A stretch of DNA of 50,564 nt from Shigella phage vB_SsoS-ISF002. Shown piece by piece: positions 18,401 to 27,814 of the stretch; positions within the stretch are counted from its first letter, which is position 1, and each line of letters begins with the position of its first letter. Location: sequence record MF093736; one strand, 5' to 3'. The notes beneath the pieces were generated by a model. It did not search any database. It saw only the letters and a list, made by a program, of their open reading frames with translations, and was not told the origin of the DNA. The position numbers were made by a program, and so were the translations under genes.

Positions 18401-18871
18401 AGTCTCAAACGAACCGCCATCAACCGCTTGCTGCACCTCGTACTCAACGCGAACGCCGTTTTTATCGCCGTTACTTTCAATTCGTACGCCGCGAGGCATG
18501 AACATTTTGATACGGATTGCCGACAGCGTTTTGTTGGTTACTGAGATCGTGTATGGGTTATCGGTAGTAACCTCACGATTTACAGTTACCTCGCTGGAGC
18601 TATCTTCCATGCCCTTGATGTATTCCTGCGTCTGAGTTCCCGACCTGAACTCAGCCTTTACCCCTTCGAAGTTGAACGATCCATCCTCGTTTTGCACCGG
18701 AACTGAGTTAAACATCAACTGCTTTAGGCTGAATGTTTCGTCAATTTCACCATCAGATACAGCTAACAGGATTTTGATTTTGTTGATTGAGATTAGATTG
18801 TCTTCCATCTCAACTGGGTTATGAGGCTTCTGTGACCCACCCTTAGATCCACTTATCACTTTTTGAATCAT
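15422..18871 (-). CDS. tail tip / central fibre protein (lambda J-like host specificity protein)
   Basis: 1149-aa protein downstream of I, K, L, M homologues; C-terminal coiled segments. Confidence 0.8.
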   Translation of the reverse strand: MIQKVISGSKGGSQKPHNPVEMEDNLISINKIKILLAVSDGEIDETFSLKQLMFNSVPVQNEDGSFNFEGVKAEFRSGTQTQEYIKGMEDSSSEVTVNREVTTDNPYTISVTNKTLSAIRIKMFMPRGVRIESNGDKNGVRVEYEVQQAVDGGSFETVLTDVIEGKTMSGYDRSRRVNLPNFNNQVIFRVVRKTPDSSDSNVVDAIQVKSYAEVIDAKFRYPLTGLLFVEFDSKMFPNQLPTISIRKRWKIINVPSNYDPESRTYNGNWDGTFKKAWTNNPAWVLYDLMINQRYGLDQKELGISVDKWALYEAAQYCDQMVPDGKGGTEPRYLCDVIIQSQTDAYKVIRDICSIFRGMSFWNGESISVIIDRPREPAYIFTNDNVVNGDFSYTFASEKSMYTTCNVMFDDEQNMYQQDVEPVFDREATLRFGNNVTSITAIGCTRRSEANRRGRWILKTNLRSTTVNFATGLEGMIPTIGDVVAIADNFWSSNLTMNLSGRLLEVSGSQIFLPFRVDARAGDFIIVNKPDGKPVKRTISSVSADGKTIEVNIGFGFPVKPNTVFAIDRTDIALQQYVVTKIDKGDDDEEFTYKITAVEYDPNKYDEIDYGVNIDDRPTSIVEPDQIPRPENVQVSSESRIVQGMSVETMIVSWDKVPYAVFYDVQWRKDNGNWQNVPQTANKEVYVEGIYAGNYQVRVRSVAGSGTTSGWSNIVAATLTGKQGEPGRPINLTATDDVVFGIRTKWGFSDGSGDTAYTELQQSPDGTVDNASLLSLIPYPQHEYYHSPMPGGNIVWYRVRTVDRIGNVSQWTDFVRGMASTNVDDIIGEISVDIENSPGYKWLVDNATGNAAQNAANAEASIENALANDKDAIYMKKENGKRKAEYTKSLKLIADETQARVTAIEQLKASFGDQISASNSELREVIATETGALSREIDQLKAEIGDDIQASLTDIREAIANETEARTQADLTLSARLGNNEAALSQKLDSWSNADSTGAMYGVKLGLKYNGQEYSAGMAMSLIGSGAAVKAQILFEASRFAIMTGMNGQTQYPFVVENGQVILSSAIIKDGFITNAMIGNAIQSNNWDGNQGWHINKNGAAYFMNATVRGALYADNGSFAFNGTNNTVQINNNGITVNLPNGGRVVVGVW

Positions 18872-18918
18872 GATGTTTACCTTTTTGTGCTATTTATCGG
18901 TGGACTCATTATACAGGC

Positions 18919-18944
18919 GAAAAAAAACCCGCGCAAGGCGGGTT
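18919..18944 (-). terminator. terminator-like hairpin between I and J
   Basis: aaaaaaacccgcgcaaggcgggtt; 7-bp stem; U-run on the minus-sense transcript. Confidence 0.45.
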
Positions 18945-18948
18945 AATT

Positions 18949-19548
18949 TTAACTCATATCCTCGGCATAAGAACCTGCTGAGAAAGTTGCGCCACCTCCG
19001 GCGCGATATCCATACGGGACCGGGAGAGGGTATCCCGCCGCCGTCGTATTGACAGCACCGCCGAACGCGTACGAAGGTTTATTCTTGCTTGATTGAACTT
19101 CAAAGTTTGCGCCACCCGGCTGCGGTGAAATCATCTGCATCACGCCGCCCAGCACCATAGCGCCGCCCATCATAAACAGAGACGAGGACATTGTGCCCAT
19201 TAAAGCCAGAGACGCGCCGCCAGTATAGAATGCTGCAACCATTATTGCCGCGCCCAATACAACCTGGAATAGACCTCCTGTCTTAGAGCCAGTAGGGATC
19301 GGTACGATTCTTATCTCTTTCGCGCACTTGAATTTTTCCTCTTCATGGTGTCCAACGTTAACGCCATCCACAAATATTGCAAACTTGCTACGAGATCCTA
19401 TCTCGCTTTGCATGTATTCTTTGAATCCATCCACCTGACTGGATAGCGCCCGGATAGCTTCCGGGTAAGAGTCAACGGCGAATCTGTGAAAGACGCCGAA
19501 GCGCCTTCCAAGTGAACCTGATAATTTGATTACTTTTACATCATTCAT
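18949..19548 (-). CDS. tail assembly protein (lambda I-like)
   Basis: Position after K; Gly/Ala/Met-rich hydrophobic C-terminal half typical of I proteins. Confidence 0.65.
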   Translation of the reverse strand: MNDVKVIKLSGSLGRRFGVFHRFAVDSYPEAIRALSSQVDGFKEYMQSEIGSRSKFAIFVDGVNVGHHEEEKFKCAKEIRIVPIPTGSKTGGLFQVVLGAAIMVAAFYTGGASLALMGTMSSSLFMMGGAMVLGGVMQMISPQPGGANFEVQSSKNKPSYAFGGAVNTTAAGYPLPVPYGYRAGGGATFSAGSYAEDMS

Positions 19549-20279
19549 AATTTAAGATCCTTATGGCGAACAATTAAAACAGTATGATCCTGATACCAGC
19601 CGGAATAGATATCACGTCGCGAAAGTTTGCCAAAGGCGTGATGCAAGATCTGATTATCACCCAGGTAAATGCCTGCGTGGTTCCATACCGGAACATTTTG
19701 CCCTATCTGCATGATTACCATATCCCCGGATGATGGGTTATTCTGATCTGGAATCTCAACGAATCCATCTTGCTTGTAATAATCCTGATAGAGATTAATT
19801 CCGTACTCCGGTTTCCACCATTCAAAATTCAATCGGCGATCGCGTAACTCTACGCCGTGCTCTTTGTGCCACGCCATAACAAGACCGTAACAGTCGAATG
19901 ATCCTAATGACCACGGACGACCAATCAGAGGTAATTTCTCTGGCTTCACAAATCGCATATCCCCTTCAGGCACGCTAACAATGATCCAGGTAACTTCCAT
20001 CTCGTTGCACATGCACGTATCGTGAGCGCTTGGTAGAGTTGTAGCCCCGTCTCCTGTATGACTATGAACAATTGCGATCGTAGTTGATTCCGCATCGTCC
20101 TCAATGCAAGCGTATTGTACAGCATCCATCATGAAATGATTCTCGGGATCACGATGCACATTATCAATGCGATGGTATTTTTGCACTCGGCCCTTTTGGG
20201 TGACTACCCCGCAGCATTCGCGTGGGTATTCTTCTTGAGCGTGAGTCATAATTTCAAGTTTAATTTTTGCACTAATCAT
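19545..20279 (-). CDS. tail protein with MPN/JAMM and NlpC/P60-like domains (lambda K-like)
   Basis: JAMM-like HSHTGDGATTLPSAHD and a C-terminal Cys/His-containing domain; start at the internal ATG next to the L stop. Confidence 0.7.
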   Translation of the reverse strand: MISAKIKLEIMTHAQEEYPRECCGVVTQKGRVQKYHRIDNVHRDPENHFMMDAVQYACIEDDAESTTIAIVHSHTGDGATTLPSAHDTCMCNEMEVTWIIVSVPEGDMRFVKPEKLPLIGRPWSLGSFDCYGLVMAWHKEHGVELRDRRLNFEWWKPEYGINLYQDYYKQDGFVEIPDQNNPSSGDMVIMQIGQNVPVWNHAGIYLGDNQILHHAFGKLSRRDIYSGWYQDHTVLIVRHKDLKL

Positions 20280-21058
20280 TGATTTTTCCTCTGTAGTGAA
20301 GCGACAGCGCAACCACCAAAATCCAATTCATTGTTTGCACCGAATCTCAGGCGGCAGGCCGTTACCGTACCCGGGCAAAAGTCCAGTGAAGGATCATCTA
20401 CCGGATTATTGTCTTTATCAAAGTAACCGTTTTGCCCGTTATATCCGCAGCCCTTCCCGGTTTTATACCATCCACGCTGCGCCCAATAGCATACGCTTTG
20501 CGTGAGTCGAGACGGAATCATGATGCCGTCCATATCGTAAGGTGATGTGAGATCGAACCGCGCAACGCTTTTATCAACATAGTTCGGACGCTCGATATAG
20601 TATACCAGTTTGCGGTAAGCTCCATCAGCGATTGAGCCATCGGAGTTAATAAGCTCACGCTGAGTTATCCAGATAGTCACCTTAGCTTGCATTAGTCCGT
20701 TATATGCACGAATCATCGCAGATACGCGACTATCAATGTTTGCCACCGTTAATTGTGGTTTTGTTGCCTTGCCTGAACTGTCAAATGAGATCCCGGATAT
20801 ACCGAAAGGTCGCGCCCCGTATTTCTCGCCACGGAATGTAATTTCCTTCGGCGGTAGCGTTCCAGTTTGCTGGGCCTGCATGATTTCTTCTGGAGTGTAC
20901 TGGATATTCTCACCGTGGAATCGGTACACCTGAGCGCCGAACTTACTACCATCAACTTCGATGAGAGTGATTATCTCTCCCGGATATAGTGATTGTAGGC
21001 AGTTGTGAAACAGGCTTCTTCCGCTTTCTTCATCATAAAGTTTTTTGTTTTCGCTCAT
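20276..21058 (-). CDS. minor tail protein (lambda L-like)
   Basis: C-terminal cysteine cluster (CYWAQRGW ... CGYNGQNGY ... CPGTVTACR); start at ATG with RBS agaggaaaaa. Confidence 0.7.
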   Translation of the reverse strand: MSENKKLYDEESGRSLFHNCLQSLYPGEIITLIEVDGSKFGAQVYRFHGENIQYTPEEIMQAQQTGTLPPKEITFRGEKYGARPFGISGISFDSSGKATKPQLTVANIDSRVSAMIRAYNGLMQAKVTIWITQRELINSDGSIADGAYRKLVYYIERPNYVDKSVARFDLTSPYDMDGIMIPSRLTQSVCYWAQRGWYKTGKGCGYNGQNGYFDKDNNPVDDPSLDFCPGTVTACRLRFGANNELDFGGCAVASLQRKNQ

Positions 21059-21099
21059 TGATTTTTCCTCTTGTTTACCTGCAACCATTCTACAGCTAC

Positions 21100-21128
21100 A
21101 AAAAAACCCGCGCAAGGCGGGCTTTTGT
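21100..21128. terminator. hairpin between L and M, sharing a 22-nt core with the hairpin at 18919
   Basis: aaaaaaacccgcgcaaggcgggcttttgtt. Confidence 0.4.
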
Positions 21129-21137
21129 TATGTGGCG

Positions 21138-21491
21138 TTAATCCATAGATGTAAACTGCTCCATAAACGTGACGTTAATCTCCATCACGTCGCGTGATAC
21201 TGGCTTCGCGCCCAGGCTGTTAGGCTTAACAACCCATATCCCGATCTTTCCGTCCGGCGGCGTCCATGCGAACGGTTTAATGCGGTGAGAATCACAGAAG
21301 TCGTAAACAGCCATGAAATCTTCCCCGGCATAGATAACCGAATACTCGCGTCTCGTGGTGTTAAATCCAGATGATGCAAGCTGCATGTAGCCGTTTCCAA
21401 ACTGTATGGATCTGTCATTGTTGGTAGTGGTAAGGGAGCCGCCGCCCCCTTGAACCTGCGTGCACCAACTGAAAGTATCAAGTGCCGCCAT
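21138..21491 (-). CDS. minor tail protein (lambda M-like)
   Basis: 117 aa, directly downstream of the tape measure gene. Confidence 0.65.
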   Translation of the reverse strand: MAALDTFSWCTQVQGGGGSLTTTNNDRSIQFGNGYMQLASSGFNTTRREYSVIYAGEDFMAVYDFCDSHRIKPFAWTPPDGKIGIWVVKPNSLGAKPVSRDVMEINVTFMEQFTSMD

Positions 21492-21493
21492 TA

Positions 21494-24367
21494 TTAGCCT
21501 CCTGTTTTTTCCTGAATGTAATTGTAAACCTCACCGCCCTGCGAACAAGACTCTCGAATCATTTTTTTGAACATCATTTCTACGCCCTGAGAAATTCCTC
21601 TCGGATCTGAACCGTTGTCAACTTTAACCTCCATACCCCTAACATCAACGACCGTCCCGCCTGCTGATTGGTTTACTGCCTTCGGCGCTGATTTAGATGC
21701 GTTAAATCCAGAGGTTGCAACACTACCCGCAGCGGCGGCAAGCGAGGTAACAGCGACACCCGAAGATAAAGACCTAAAACCAGAGGCGGCAGGCGTAGGA
21801 GTTGCCTGTGATGCCGCAGAAGCACCAGGAGACACCCCTCCAGCAAAACTCCACGTCTTACCGCCCATCATGCCTGAGATCGTATTGAATATTACCATCT
21901 GAGCAATCATCTTGATAATCATGCTAATGATGTTTTTCGCAAAGTCCTCAAAGTTTGCCTTACCTGTAGTGAGGAATTGGGTCATCATATCACTCATTCC
22001 ATTAAGTGAACTTGACGCGATATCATATACGTTACCATACATATCCATTGCAGAATCGCCGTAATCTGCAAATGCGCTTTCAGCACCAGCTAACCAGTCA
22101 GCGCGTTTGGCATCTTCCGCAGCGTAGTAATCATTTTGCGCCTTAATCATGTTCTGGAGTTTTTCGTCTCCCTCACTACCTCCAGAGTTGATGTAATCAG
22201 TGGTTATTTTAGCCAGTTCCGCTTGTCGTTCCATCTCGCGCGTGCTAAGACCGCGTGACGCGTTAAGCTGTTCTGTCGCCGCCGTCATCTCATTGACAAA
22301 CTTCAGAGATTTATCGGTAAGATCATTCAACTGTTGTTGCTTAACAATCTGATCGCCAATCTCGGCCTTCTGTTTTGCAAGCTCAATAACTCTCTCCTGA
22401 CTTGCCAGCAACGCTTTCTCTTCCGCAGACAACTGACGCTTAGAACTGGCTTCACGAAGAACAGCAATCGTTGCCTCGGTCGTAAACAGCGCTTTTCTCT
22501 GTGCGGAAAGTTTTTGCCCGATCTCCTTGTGCTCCTGCAATACCTTAAGTTGAGCCTTGAGTGAAATTAACTCCTTGTCGAATTGCTCTGTCGGTGAGCG
22601 TACAATTTTCGACTGCTTATTTCGTTCTCGGTTTCGCTTCTCGATCTCTTCTGCTTCTTTCCTTATTGCTTCCTTAGTTTCCTCGCTGTACTGCTTTTCA
22701 AGAGTGCGACGCTGCCTCATTGCTTCAATGTATCCCATCTCGCCTTTTTCTACACGAGCGTTAATAGCGTCAAGCTCTGAAGCCAACTGGTCGTAGTTGT
22801 CGCGAGAACTTTTTACGATGTTCTCCTGCTCCTTCAGTACATCAGCGCCGAAATCACTCATTCCAGGCAGTGACTGAGTTGCCTTTATGGCTGAGGCGAT
22901 AAAGTTTGAGATGTACTCATCACCCTTCGCTAGAATCATTTTGACCTGAATCACTGTACCCTGAACAACGTCGATAATCAGGTTTAGCGCCCCGAGTGTA
23001 TGATCACCAACCCATCCCCACGCGTCCGAAGCCCATTGTTTAATATCGCTCCACATCTTTTCCAGAGGAGTAGCGTTATCCGCGATCGACTTCATTCGCT
23101 TTTCCATTACGTCTGCGAATAGTTTGGTAGCCTCTGATACAGCCTCAGTTTCTCCTTTCGTCCGGCTTAATGTATCGATATAGGTAAGCTGCCCTTTTTC
23201 AAGGAAATTATATTGCTCGTTTAACTTCTTCAGACCTTTTACCGGATCGCTTGCGATTTTGTCGAACTCAGAAATAATTTGACTTGCTGACTTTCCTGTT
23301 GACGCTGACCACTCTGCGGTAGCCTTAGTGATGTTCTGGATCTGCTCGCGGGTGTACTTACCAGAACTTGCCAACTCCGTTACAATCTCGCGAATACTCC
23401 CAATGGTTGAGTTGCTTGTCTGAGCCACCTTTTTAGCAACAGAATCAAGCTCTTCAGCCGTGACTCCTGCATAACCTCCAGTCTCAACAAGAGCCTTCTG
23501 CATATCAGTTATTGACTTGTAAGAGTCATAACCAGCTTTCGCAAGAAGACCTAAAGAGCCGACAAGAACACCAACACCAACTGTGACCGGATTAATATAG
23601 CTGAGCAATACCTTAAATGTATTCCCGATCCCGCCGAACGAGTCCTTGATTTGACCGCCTTGCTGGATGGCAACCATCCAAACTGGCATACCTGACGCAA
23701 GAGATGTAACGACGTCGGTAATCTGCGCGGGAAGCATTCGCATTGCCTGCCTATATTGCCCAGCGCTAATACCTGCGGCATTCATAGCTCGACCCTGCTC
23801 TTTCAGTTTTGCGATCAGTGGCGCTGCTTCATTTGATAGTCCAAGCTGAGCCGCTTTCAGTTCCATTAACTCTGCGTGAGTTTTGCCAATAGCGTTAACC
23901 TGACTGTTCAGGGAATCCATGAACGCTTTGTTTTTCGCTGCTGCCTGATCTTTTGCTTTCGCTTCCTGCAATGCTGCCTGACCCTCTTCAGTAAGCATGG
24001 CTCGGCTGCGAGCAAGTTTTGCATTTTGCATGTCCAGCATTTCACCCAAACGGAAAAATGTTTCATCTGGAACAACGCCCTTTTGCCAGAGTTTATCAAG
24101 CTGCTGAGATGCAATCTTCAGCCTTTCCATTTTTGATACTGTAGGATCGATTGCCTTTTCTACAGCCTCGTACTCTTTGCGCTGGCGCTTAAGTTGCTCA
24201 GCGTGTTCTTTAGCCTTCTGTTTTGCAACCTCGGCCTCATTGATTAAAGACCCCATAGAGTCAGCGGCTTGGTCGTTAGCTTTTGAAAACTCTTTCAATG
24301 ACTTGACGGCGCGCTGCACTGTCGACACATCAACGTCAAGCGATAGACCTGCTACCTTATCAACCAT
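21494..24367 (-). CDS. tail tape measure protein
   Basis: 957 aa, long coiled-coil regions, hydrophobic Gly-rich C-terminal segment ([23 protein letters not shown]). Confidence 0.85.
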   Translation of the reverse strand: MVDKVAGLSLDVDVSTVQRAVKSLKEFSKANDQAADSMGSLINEAEVAKQKAKEHAEQLKRQRKEYEAVEKAIDPTVSKMERLKIASQQLDKLWQKGVVPDETFFRLGEMLDMQNAKLARSRAMLTEEGQAALQEAKAKDQAAAKNKAFMDSLNSQVNAIGKTHAELMELKAAQLGLSNEAAPLIAKLKEQGRAMNAAGISAGQYRQAMRMLPAQITDVVTSLASGMPVWMVAIQQGGQIKDSFGGIGNTFKVLLSYINPVTVGVGVLVGSLGLLAKAGYDSYKSITDMQKALVETGGYAGVTAEELDSVAKKVAQTSNSTIGSIREIVTELASSGKYTREQIQNITKATAEWSASTGKSASQIISEFDKIASDPVKGLKKLNEQYNFLEKGQLTYIDTLSRTKGETEAVSEATKLFADVMEKRMKSIADNATPLEKMWSDIKQWASDAWGWVGDHTLGALNLIIDVVQGTVIQVKMILAKGDEYISNFIASAIKATQSLPGMSDFGADVLKEQENIVKSSRDNYDQLASELDAINARVEKGEMGYIEAMRQRRTLEKQYSEETKEAIRKEAEEIEKRNRERNKQSKIVRSPTEQFDKELISLKAQLKVLQEHKEIGQKLSAQRKALFTTEATIAVLREASSKRQLSAEEKALLASQERVIELAKQKAEIGDQIVKQQQLNDLTDKSLKFVNEMTAATEQLNASRGLSTREMERQAELAKITTDYINSGGSEGDEKLQNMIKAQNDYYAAEDAKRADWLAGAESAFADYGDSAMDMYGNVYDIASSSLNGMSDMMTQFLTTGKANFEDFAKNIISMIIKMIAQMVIFNTISGMMGGKTWSFAGGVSPGASAASQATPTPAASGFRSLSSGVAVTSLAAAAGSVATSGFNASKSAPKAVNQSAGGTVVDVRGMEVKVDNGSDPRGISQGVEMMFKKMIRESCSQGGEVYNYIQEKTGG

Positions 24368-24406
24368 ACAACCCCCTTATATACAAAAAAACCGCCAGAC
24401 GGCGGC

Positions 24407-24733
24407 TTAGTTATTCTGCTTAGCAATCATTTCAAGCGCTTTCGCTTCCATGATCCTAACGTCCTGCAATGCCAGTTCTTCATCTTCTATTTTATAGATT
24501 TTAAACAACATAGGCAAAACATTATAGTCAAGACCATAAGCGCCAGCGCCTGAACTTCTCCACTGAGTGAGCATTGATGTAAAAACATTCCAAGCCTTCA
24601 CCATTTCAGCGTCGCCAATTATCGTTTCAGGTTCCTCGTCTTCATAGTCTGAAAGACTTAAACCAACCGATCGCAATTGTTCCTCTGTTGGCGGCTTCTG
24701 ATATAACAGATAGACCGCCTTTTTTAGTTTTTT
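24407..24733 (-). CDS. T segment of the tail assembly chaperone, reached by -1 frameshift from G (fusion product 25041 down to 24407)
   Basis: Frame is open upstream of the annotated TTG start and overlaps the end of G in the -1 frame. Confidence 0.55.
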   Translation of the reverse strand, partial: KKLKKAVYLLYQKPPTEEQLRSVGLSLSDYEDEEPETIIGDAEMVKAWNVFTSMLTQWRSSGAGAYGLDYNVLPMLFKIYKIEDEELALQDVRIMEAKALEMIAKQNN

Positions 24734-25041
24734 GCGCGGTGTCCGGCAAGAGCCTTGATGTAAGTCGCTGTCAGGTTGTACGCTGCTGAAGGATAATACT
24801 GAACCAGTTTTCGCGCATTTTCTTCGTTAAATTCTTCTTCAAGGTTCCATCCTGACGCGATCTTGGTAATGAACTCGCTGTCGTTCATTTCTCCCTGGTT
24901 GGCATACATATCCTGAACTTCTTTACTGGAAAGGTGGCGTACAGTGAAAATGATCGTTGCATCTTCACCGTTAGGCATGGTGAAGGTAACTGGAAGTTTG
25001 AAGTCTGGAAGTTGACCAAGAATAAAATTAAATTTAGCCAT
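24724..25041 (-). CDS. tail assembly chaperone (lambda G-like)
   Basis: 105-aa acidic protein between the major tail protein and the tape measure gene. Confidence 0.7.
   Translation of the reverse strand: MAKFNFILGQLPDFKLPVTFTMPNGEDATIIFTVRHLSSKEVQDMYANQGEMNDSEFITKIASGWNLEEEFNEENARKLVQYYPSAAYNLTATYIKALAGHRAKN
24727..24733 (-). other. slippery heptamer A_AAA_AAC for programmed -1 ribosomal frameshifting
   Basis: Minus-strand reading gca aaa aac taa; the heptamer sits immediately before the G stop and the -1 frame continues open. Confidence 0.6.
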
Positions 25042-25062
25042 GATATTTCTCCTGATTGGTTA

Positions 25063-25082
25063 ATGGCACTTTTTGTTAAAAG
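25063..25082 (+). promoter_or_regulatory. conserved box in the tail-module leader (inverted relative to the gene)
   Basis: atggcactttttgttaaaag. Confidence 0.4.
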
Positions 25083-25124
25083 AGAATAGTGCAAACTTGA
25101 TACGATGATTTTACAGAAATGAAT

Positions 25125-25144
25125 AAGGGGGCGCAAGCCCCCTT
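25125..25144 (-). terminator. hairpin after the major tail protein gene
   Basis: 8-bp stem aagggggc / gccccctt with loop gcaa. Confidence 0.5.
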
Positions 25145-25155
25145 GTGGATATGAT

Positions 25156-25824
25156 TTAGGCACCAGGTGATGCCAGAGCGGATGAAACGAAAGTGAAATC
25201 ACCCTTCAGGGATACGGCGAGTTGTACCGTTTCCATTTCGTTTACTTGCGTAGATGGAATGTCGTTAAAAGACAAGATACCAGCCCACATGCGCATCTCG
25301 TTCGCTTTTGGAACATACATCCGAACCGCAGTTACCTGACCAGAAGAATCCAGCTTACGCAGAATAGGGTAGATCGGGTTATCAAATTCGTGCGCGAATG
25401 TGTAAGTTAGCGAGATCGCAGATTTAAACGTTGGGATCTGCTGTTCTTTATCGTCGGACAAGCACTGATAAGTATAATACTGCTGCTCGCCGCCGTCCTG
25501 ACCAATCTCCTGTACGCAAGGAATCTCAGTCCAGCCAGTAATCTTTGCAAAGCTCATCGTGCCGCCAGCCGGGAAAACAAGAGTATCAGAGGTGTCAATC
25601 CCAGCGAGAGTGATGCTTGTTTCCTGAGCGTCAGTAACAATCAGCACTCGACTGACCATCTTGGCCCAGGTTGACTGAGTTACAATAACGTAATCGCCTT
25701 TTACTAAGTCGCCCTTAGATGCAACTGTAGCAACAGGATTTTCTGCGTTAGTAATAGCGGTTGCCTCAATCTCTTCTCCGCGAGAGGTTTCCACGAAAAT
25801 TTGCGCGCCATTTGGTAAGTGCAT
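25156..25824 (-). CDS. major tail protein (start at internal ATG with aaggaga RBS)
   Basis: Position, size (223 aa) and a strong RBS; followed by a hairpin as is common for abundantly expressed structural genes. Confidence 0.65.
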   Translation of the reverse strand: MHLPNGAQIFVETSRGEEIEATAITNAENPVATVASKGDLVKGDYVIVTQSTWAKMVSRVLIVTDAQETSITLAGIDTSDTLVFPAGGTMSFAKITGWTEIPCVQEIGQDGGEQQYYTYQCLSDDKEQQIPTFKSAISLTYTFAHEFDNPIYPILRKLDSSGQVTAVRMYVPKANEMRMWAGILSFNDIPSTQVNEMETVQLAVSLKGDFTFVSSALASPGA

Positions 25825-25826
25825 AA

Positions 25827-26225
25827 TTAAGTCTCCTTTGTGTCTACTCGTACTGTAAAGCGAACCGGAATCATCCACCCGCTTTCATGTTTAACAATTT
25901 GATGCACGATTGCACCCTCGAAAATATAACCAACGTTAAGCATTTTACCATCTTTGAAAAAATCAGCAATCTCTTTTGCTTTCAATCTTGCTTCGTCAAC
26001 GCCGGATCCTGGAGGGAACACTACTCCGATCTGAACGATTGCGATGTAAGATTTACACTTTCTGTCAATGGATAGATAAAGCGTATCCCCTTCAATGTAG
26101 TTGAACCTCAGCCACATCCCGCCATCCTTCGGCGGTATGAAATTTCTGTTTTCCATGTAGTGAGGAAAGTCTCTGTACTTTGACAGAAAGGCGGATCGCG
26201 CCGCCGCTGATAACTCATAGTGCAT
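25827..26225 (-). CDS. tail terminator / tail completion protein (tentative)
   Basis: Position between head-tail joining genes and the major tail protein. Confidence 0.4.
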   Translation of the reverse strand: MHYELSAAARSAFLSKYRDFPHYMENRNFIPPKDGGMWLRFNYIEGDTLYLSIDRKCKSYIAIVQIGVVFPPGSGVDEARLKAKEIADFFKDGKMLNVGYIFEGAIVHQIVKHESGWMIPVRFTVRVDTKET

Positions 26226-26658
26226 TTTGTTGTCTCCTTGCTTGCTTTATTGCGTCTGCCATATACGATCGCAATCTCAATGCAACCAGCCCGACGACGC
26301 CGTTTGGTGCTTGTTGTGAATGACCGTACTCAAGAGAGTTTGCATAAATCAACATGTTTGAGAAGTGAACGGATGTTATCGCGCCCCCACGGCTGAACAT
26401 GCCATAAGTTTTGGCTTGCTCCTCACTACGGACAACGCCGCCAGTTTTATCGTATCGATTTAATGCGTAGTTAGGGATTTCGTTAAAAGTTATCTGCCAG
26501 TTACCCTTAAAGCGCCCCGTGTCGACGGGAGAACGGCTAACGAGCGCGTCGTGAACATCCCTTACAAATATCTCAATGGAATGTTCTAACGTGCTTTCAG
26601 CGGCCTTAATCCACGCATCAATCTCACCTTGAAATCTACGAATCTGATAATTAGCCAT
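26215..26658 (-). CDS. HK97 gp10-like tail component protein
   Basis: Segment SPVDTGRFKGNWQ typical of the HK97 gp10 family. Confidence 0.5.
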   Translation of the reverse strand: MANYQIRRFQGEIDAWIKAAESTLEHSIEIFVRDVHDALVSRSPVDTGRFKGNWQITFNEIPNYALNRYDKTGGVVRSEEQAKTYGMFSRGGAITSVHFSNMLIYANSLEYGHSQQAPNGVVGLVALRLRSYMADAIKQARRQQNAL

Positions 26659-27031
26659 CTACTGATACCCTCCGCAATACTGGGCGATAGGCGACTGGTT
26701 TCAGTGACGCCTGAACCGGGCGAGCATCAACGACAACATGACGAACGCCGTCAATCTCTATATAGTCACCTTCGTTTATTTCATGGTCGTTATTGAAGAT
26801 CCCCAAAAGGTCTGAGGCGCGGATAGTCTCCCCGTCAATCTCACGCGCGTTCGGTCTTCGCGTCGCGCCGGATATTGGAATAACCTGTTCCATCGGTGGG
26901 ATCTCGAATCCGTTTTCATCATATCCGTATTCACCTTGCTTTATCAGGTTCATAGGTCTTGATGCATCGGTGAAGAAAGCCACGCCTTTGCGAGCCATCC
27001 TTTCGATCTGTGAGTAGTTCATTGGTGGCAT
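26651..27031 (-). CDS. head-tail adaptor / head closure protein (tentative)
   Basis: Position and size. Confidence 0.4.
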   Translation of the reverse strand: MPPMNYSQIERMARKGVAFFTDASRPMNLIKQGEYGYDENGFEIPPMEQVIPISGATRRPNAREIDGETIRASDLLGIFNNDHEINEGDYIEIDGVRHVVVDARPVQASLKPVAYRPVLRRVSVDG

Positions 27032-27441
27032 CCTCCACGGAGTCCTGTCATTAATGCGAATCGACCACGGCGTCGCGCTTTAAGCTGTTCGAACATCTTA
27101 CCCCACGGCGTCGAAAGCATCATGTTCTCTGACTGGTTCTTCGTCACCTCTCCAAAAGTCTGGCTAAATTCACCGCTCAGGGAGAATGACGTAACGCGTC
27201 GTGAGTACGATTCAAGATCCTCATCTTCACCTTTTAGCGCCCCATCAAGGAAAGCAAGGTGCAATGCATAAAGAGCAAGCGCCTTGACGTATGCATCTTT
27301 AAAGGTCTTCTGGCATACAAATAGCTCAGCCATTTCTACCCATGCATAAAGCGTTTCGTCTGGAACCTTGCGAAGTGCCGGAACCAGCTTTCTCATTTGC
27401 TCGACCACTTTGTTTAATGTTTCTTGATCCATAATTTCCAC
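27019..27441 (-). CDS. head-tail connector protein (tentative)
   Basis: Position and size. Confidence 0.4.
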   Translation of the reverse strand: MEIMDQETLNKVVEQMRKLVPALRKVPDETLYAWVEMAELFVCQKTFKDAYVKALALYALHLAFLDGALKGEDEDLESYSRRVTSFSLSGEFSQTFGEVTKNQSENMMLSTPWGKMFEQLKARRRGRFALMTGLRGGCHQ

Positions 27442-27445
27442 CTAT

Positions 27446-27469
27446 AAAAAAAGGCGCATTAAGCGCCTT
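27446..27469 (-). terminator. terminator-like hairpin
   Basis: Stem aaggcgc / gcgcctt, loop attaa, preceded by an A-run. Confidence 0.45.
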
Positions 27470-27474
27470 GTTGA

Positions 27475-27765
27475 TTAATAGTATTCGCCGCCGTCTTCAA
27501 GCTCTTTTACGCTCATCTTATCCCACGGATCAGGTTTTTTAAGTTTAGCCATCTCTGCGCGGATTTCCCGGTTGGTGGCACTGTCGTCTTTTACTTCGAT
27601 TTCTTCGCGAGCAATCAAGCAACGCAGCCCGGGCAATTCAAGTGCGGATGCTGGGAGTGTCACCTCTTCATCCGGGAGAACCTTTGCGAATGAGCCATCT
27701 TCAAGACGGAACATCTGAAGCGCTACACCAACGTTTACGATAACAACAGTTTTTTCTTTAGCCAT
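27475..27765 (-). CDS. hypothetical structural protein (96 aa)
   Basis: ORF between the major capsid and connector genes. Confidence 0.45.
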   Translation of the reverse strand: MAKEKTVVIVNVGVALQMFRLEDGSFAKVLPDEEVTLPASALELPGLRCLIAREEIEVKDDSATNREIRAEMAKLKKPDPWDKMSVKELEDGGEYY

Positions 27766-27780
27766 TTTGATTTCTCCAAT

Positions 27781-27807
27781 AAAAAAGGGACCAACTAAGT
27801 TAGTCCC
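27781..27807 (-). terminator. hairpin after the major capsid gene
   Basis: aaaaaagggaccaactaagttagtccc. Confidence 0.45.
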
Positions 27808-27814
27808 TATAATA

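Noticed and set aside
21615-24410. Several plus-strand ORFs across the tape measure region
   Set aside because: All lie antisense within the tape measure gene and have low-complexity translations.
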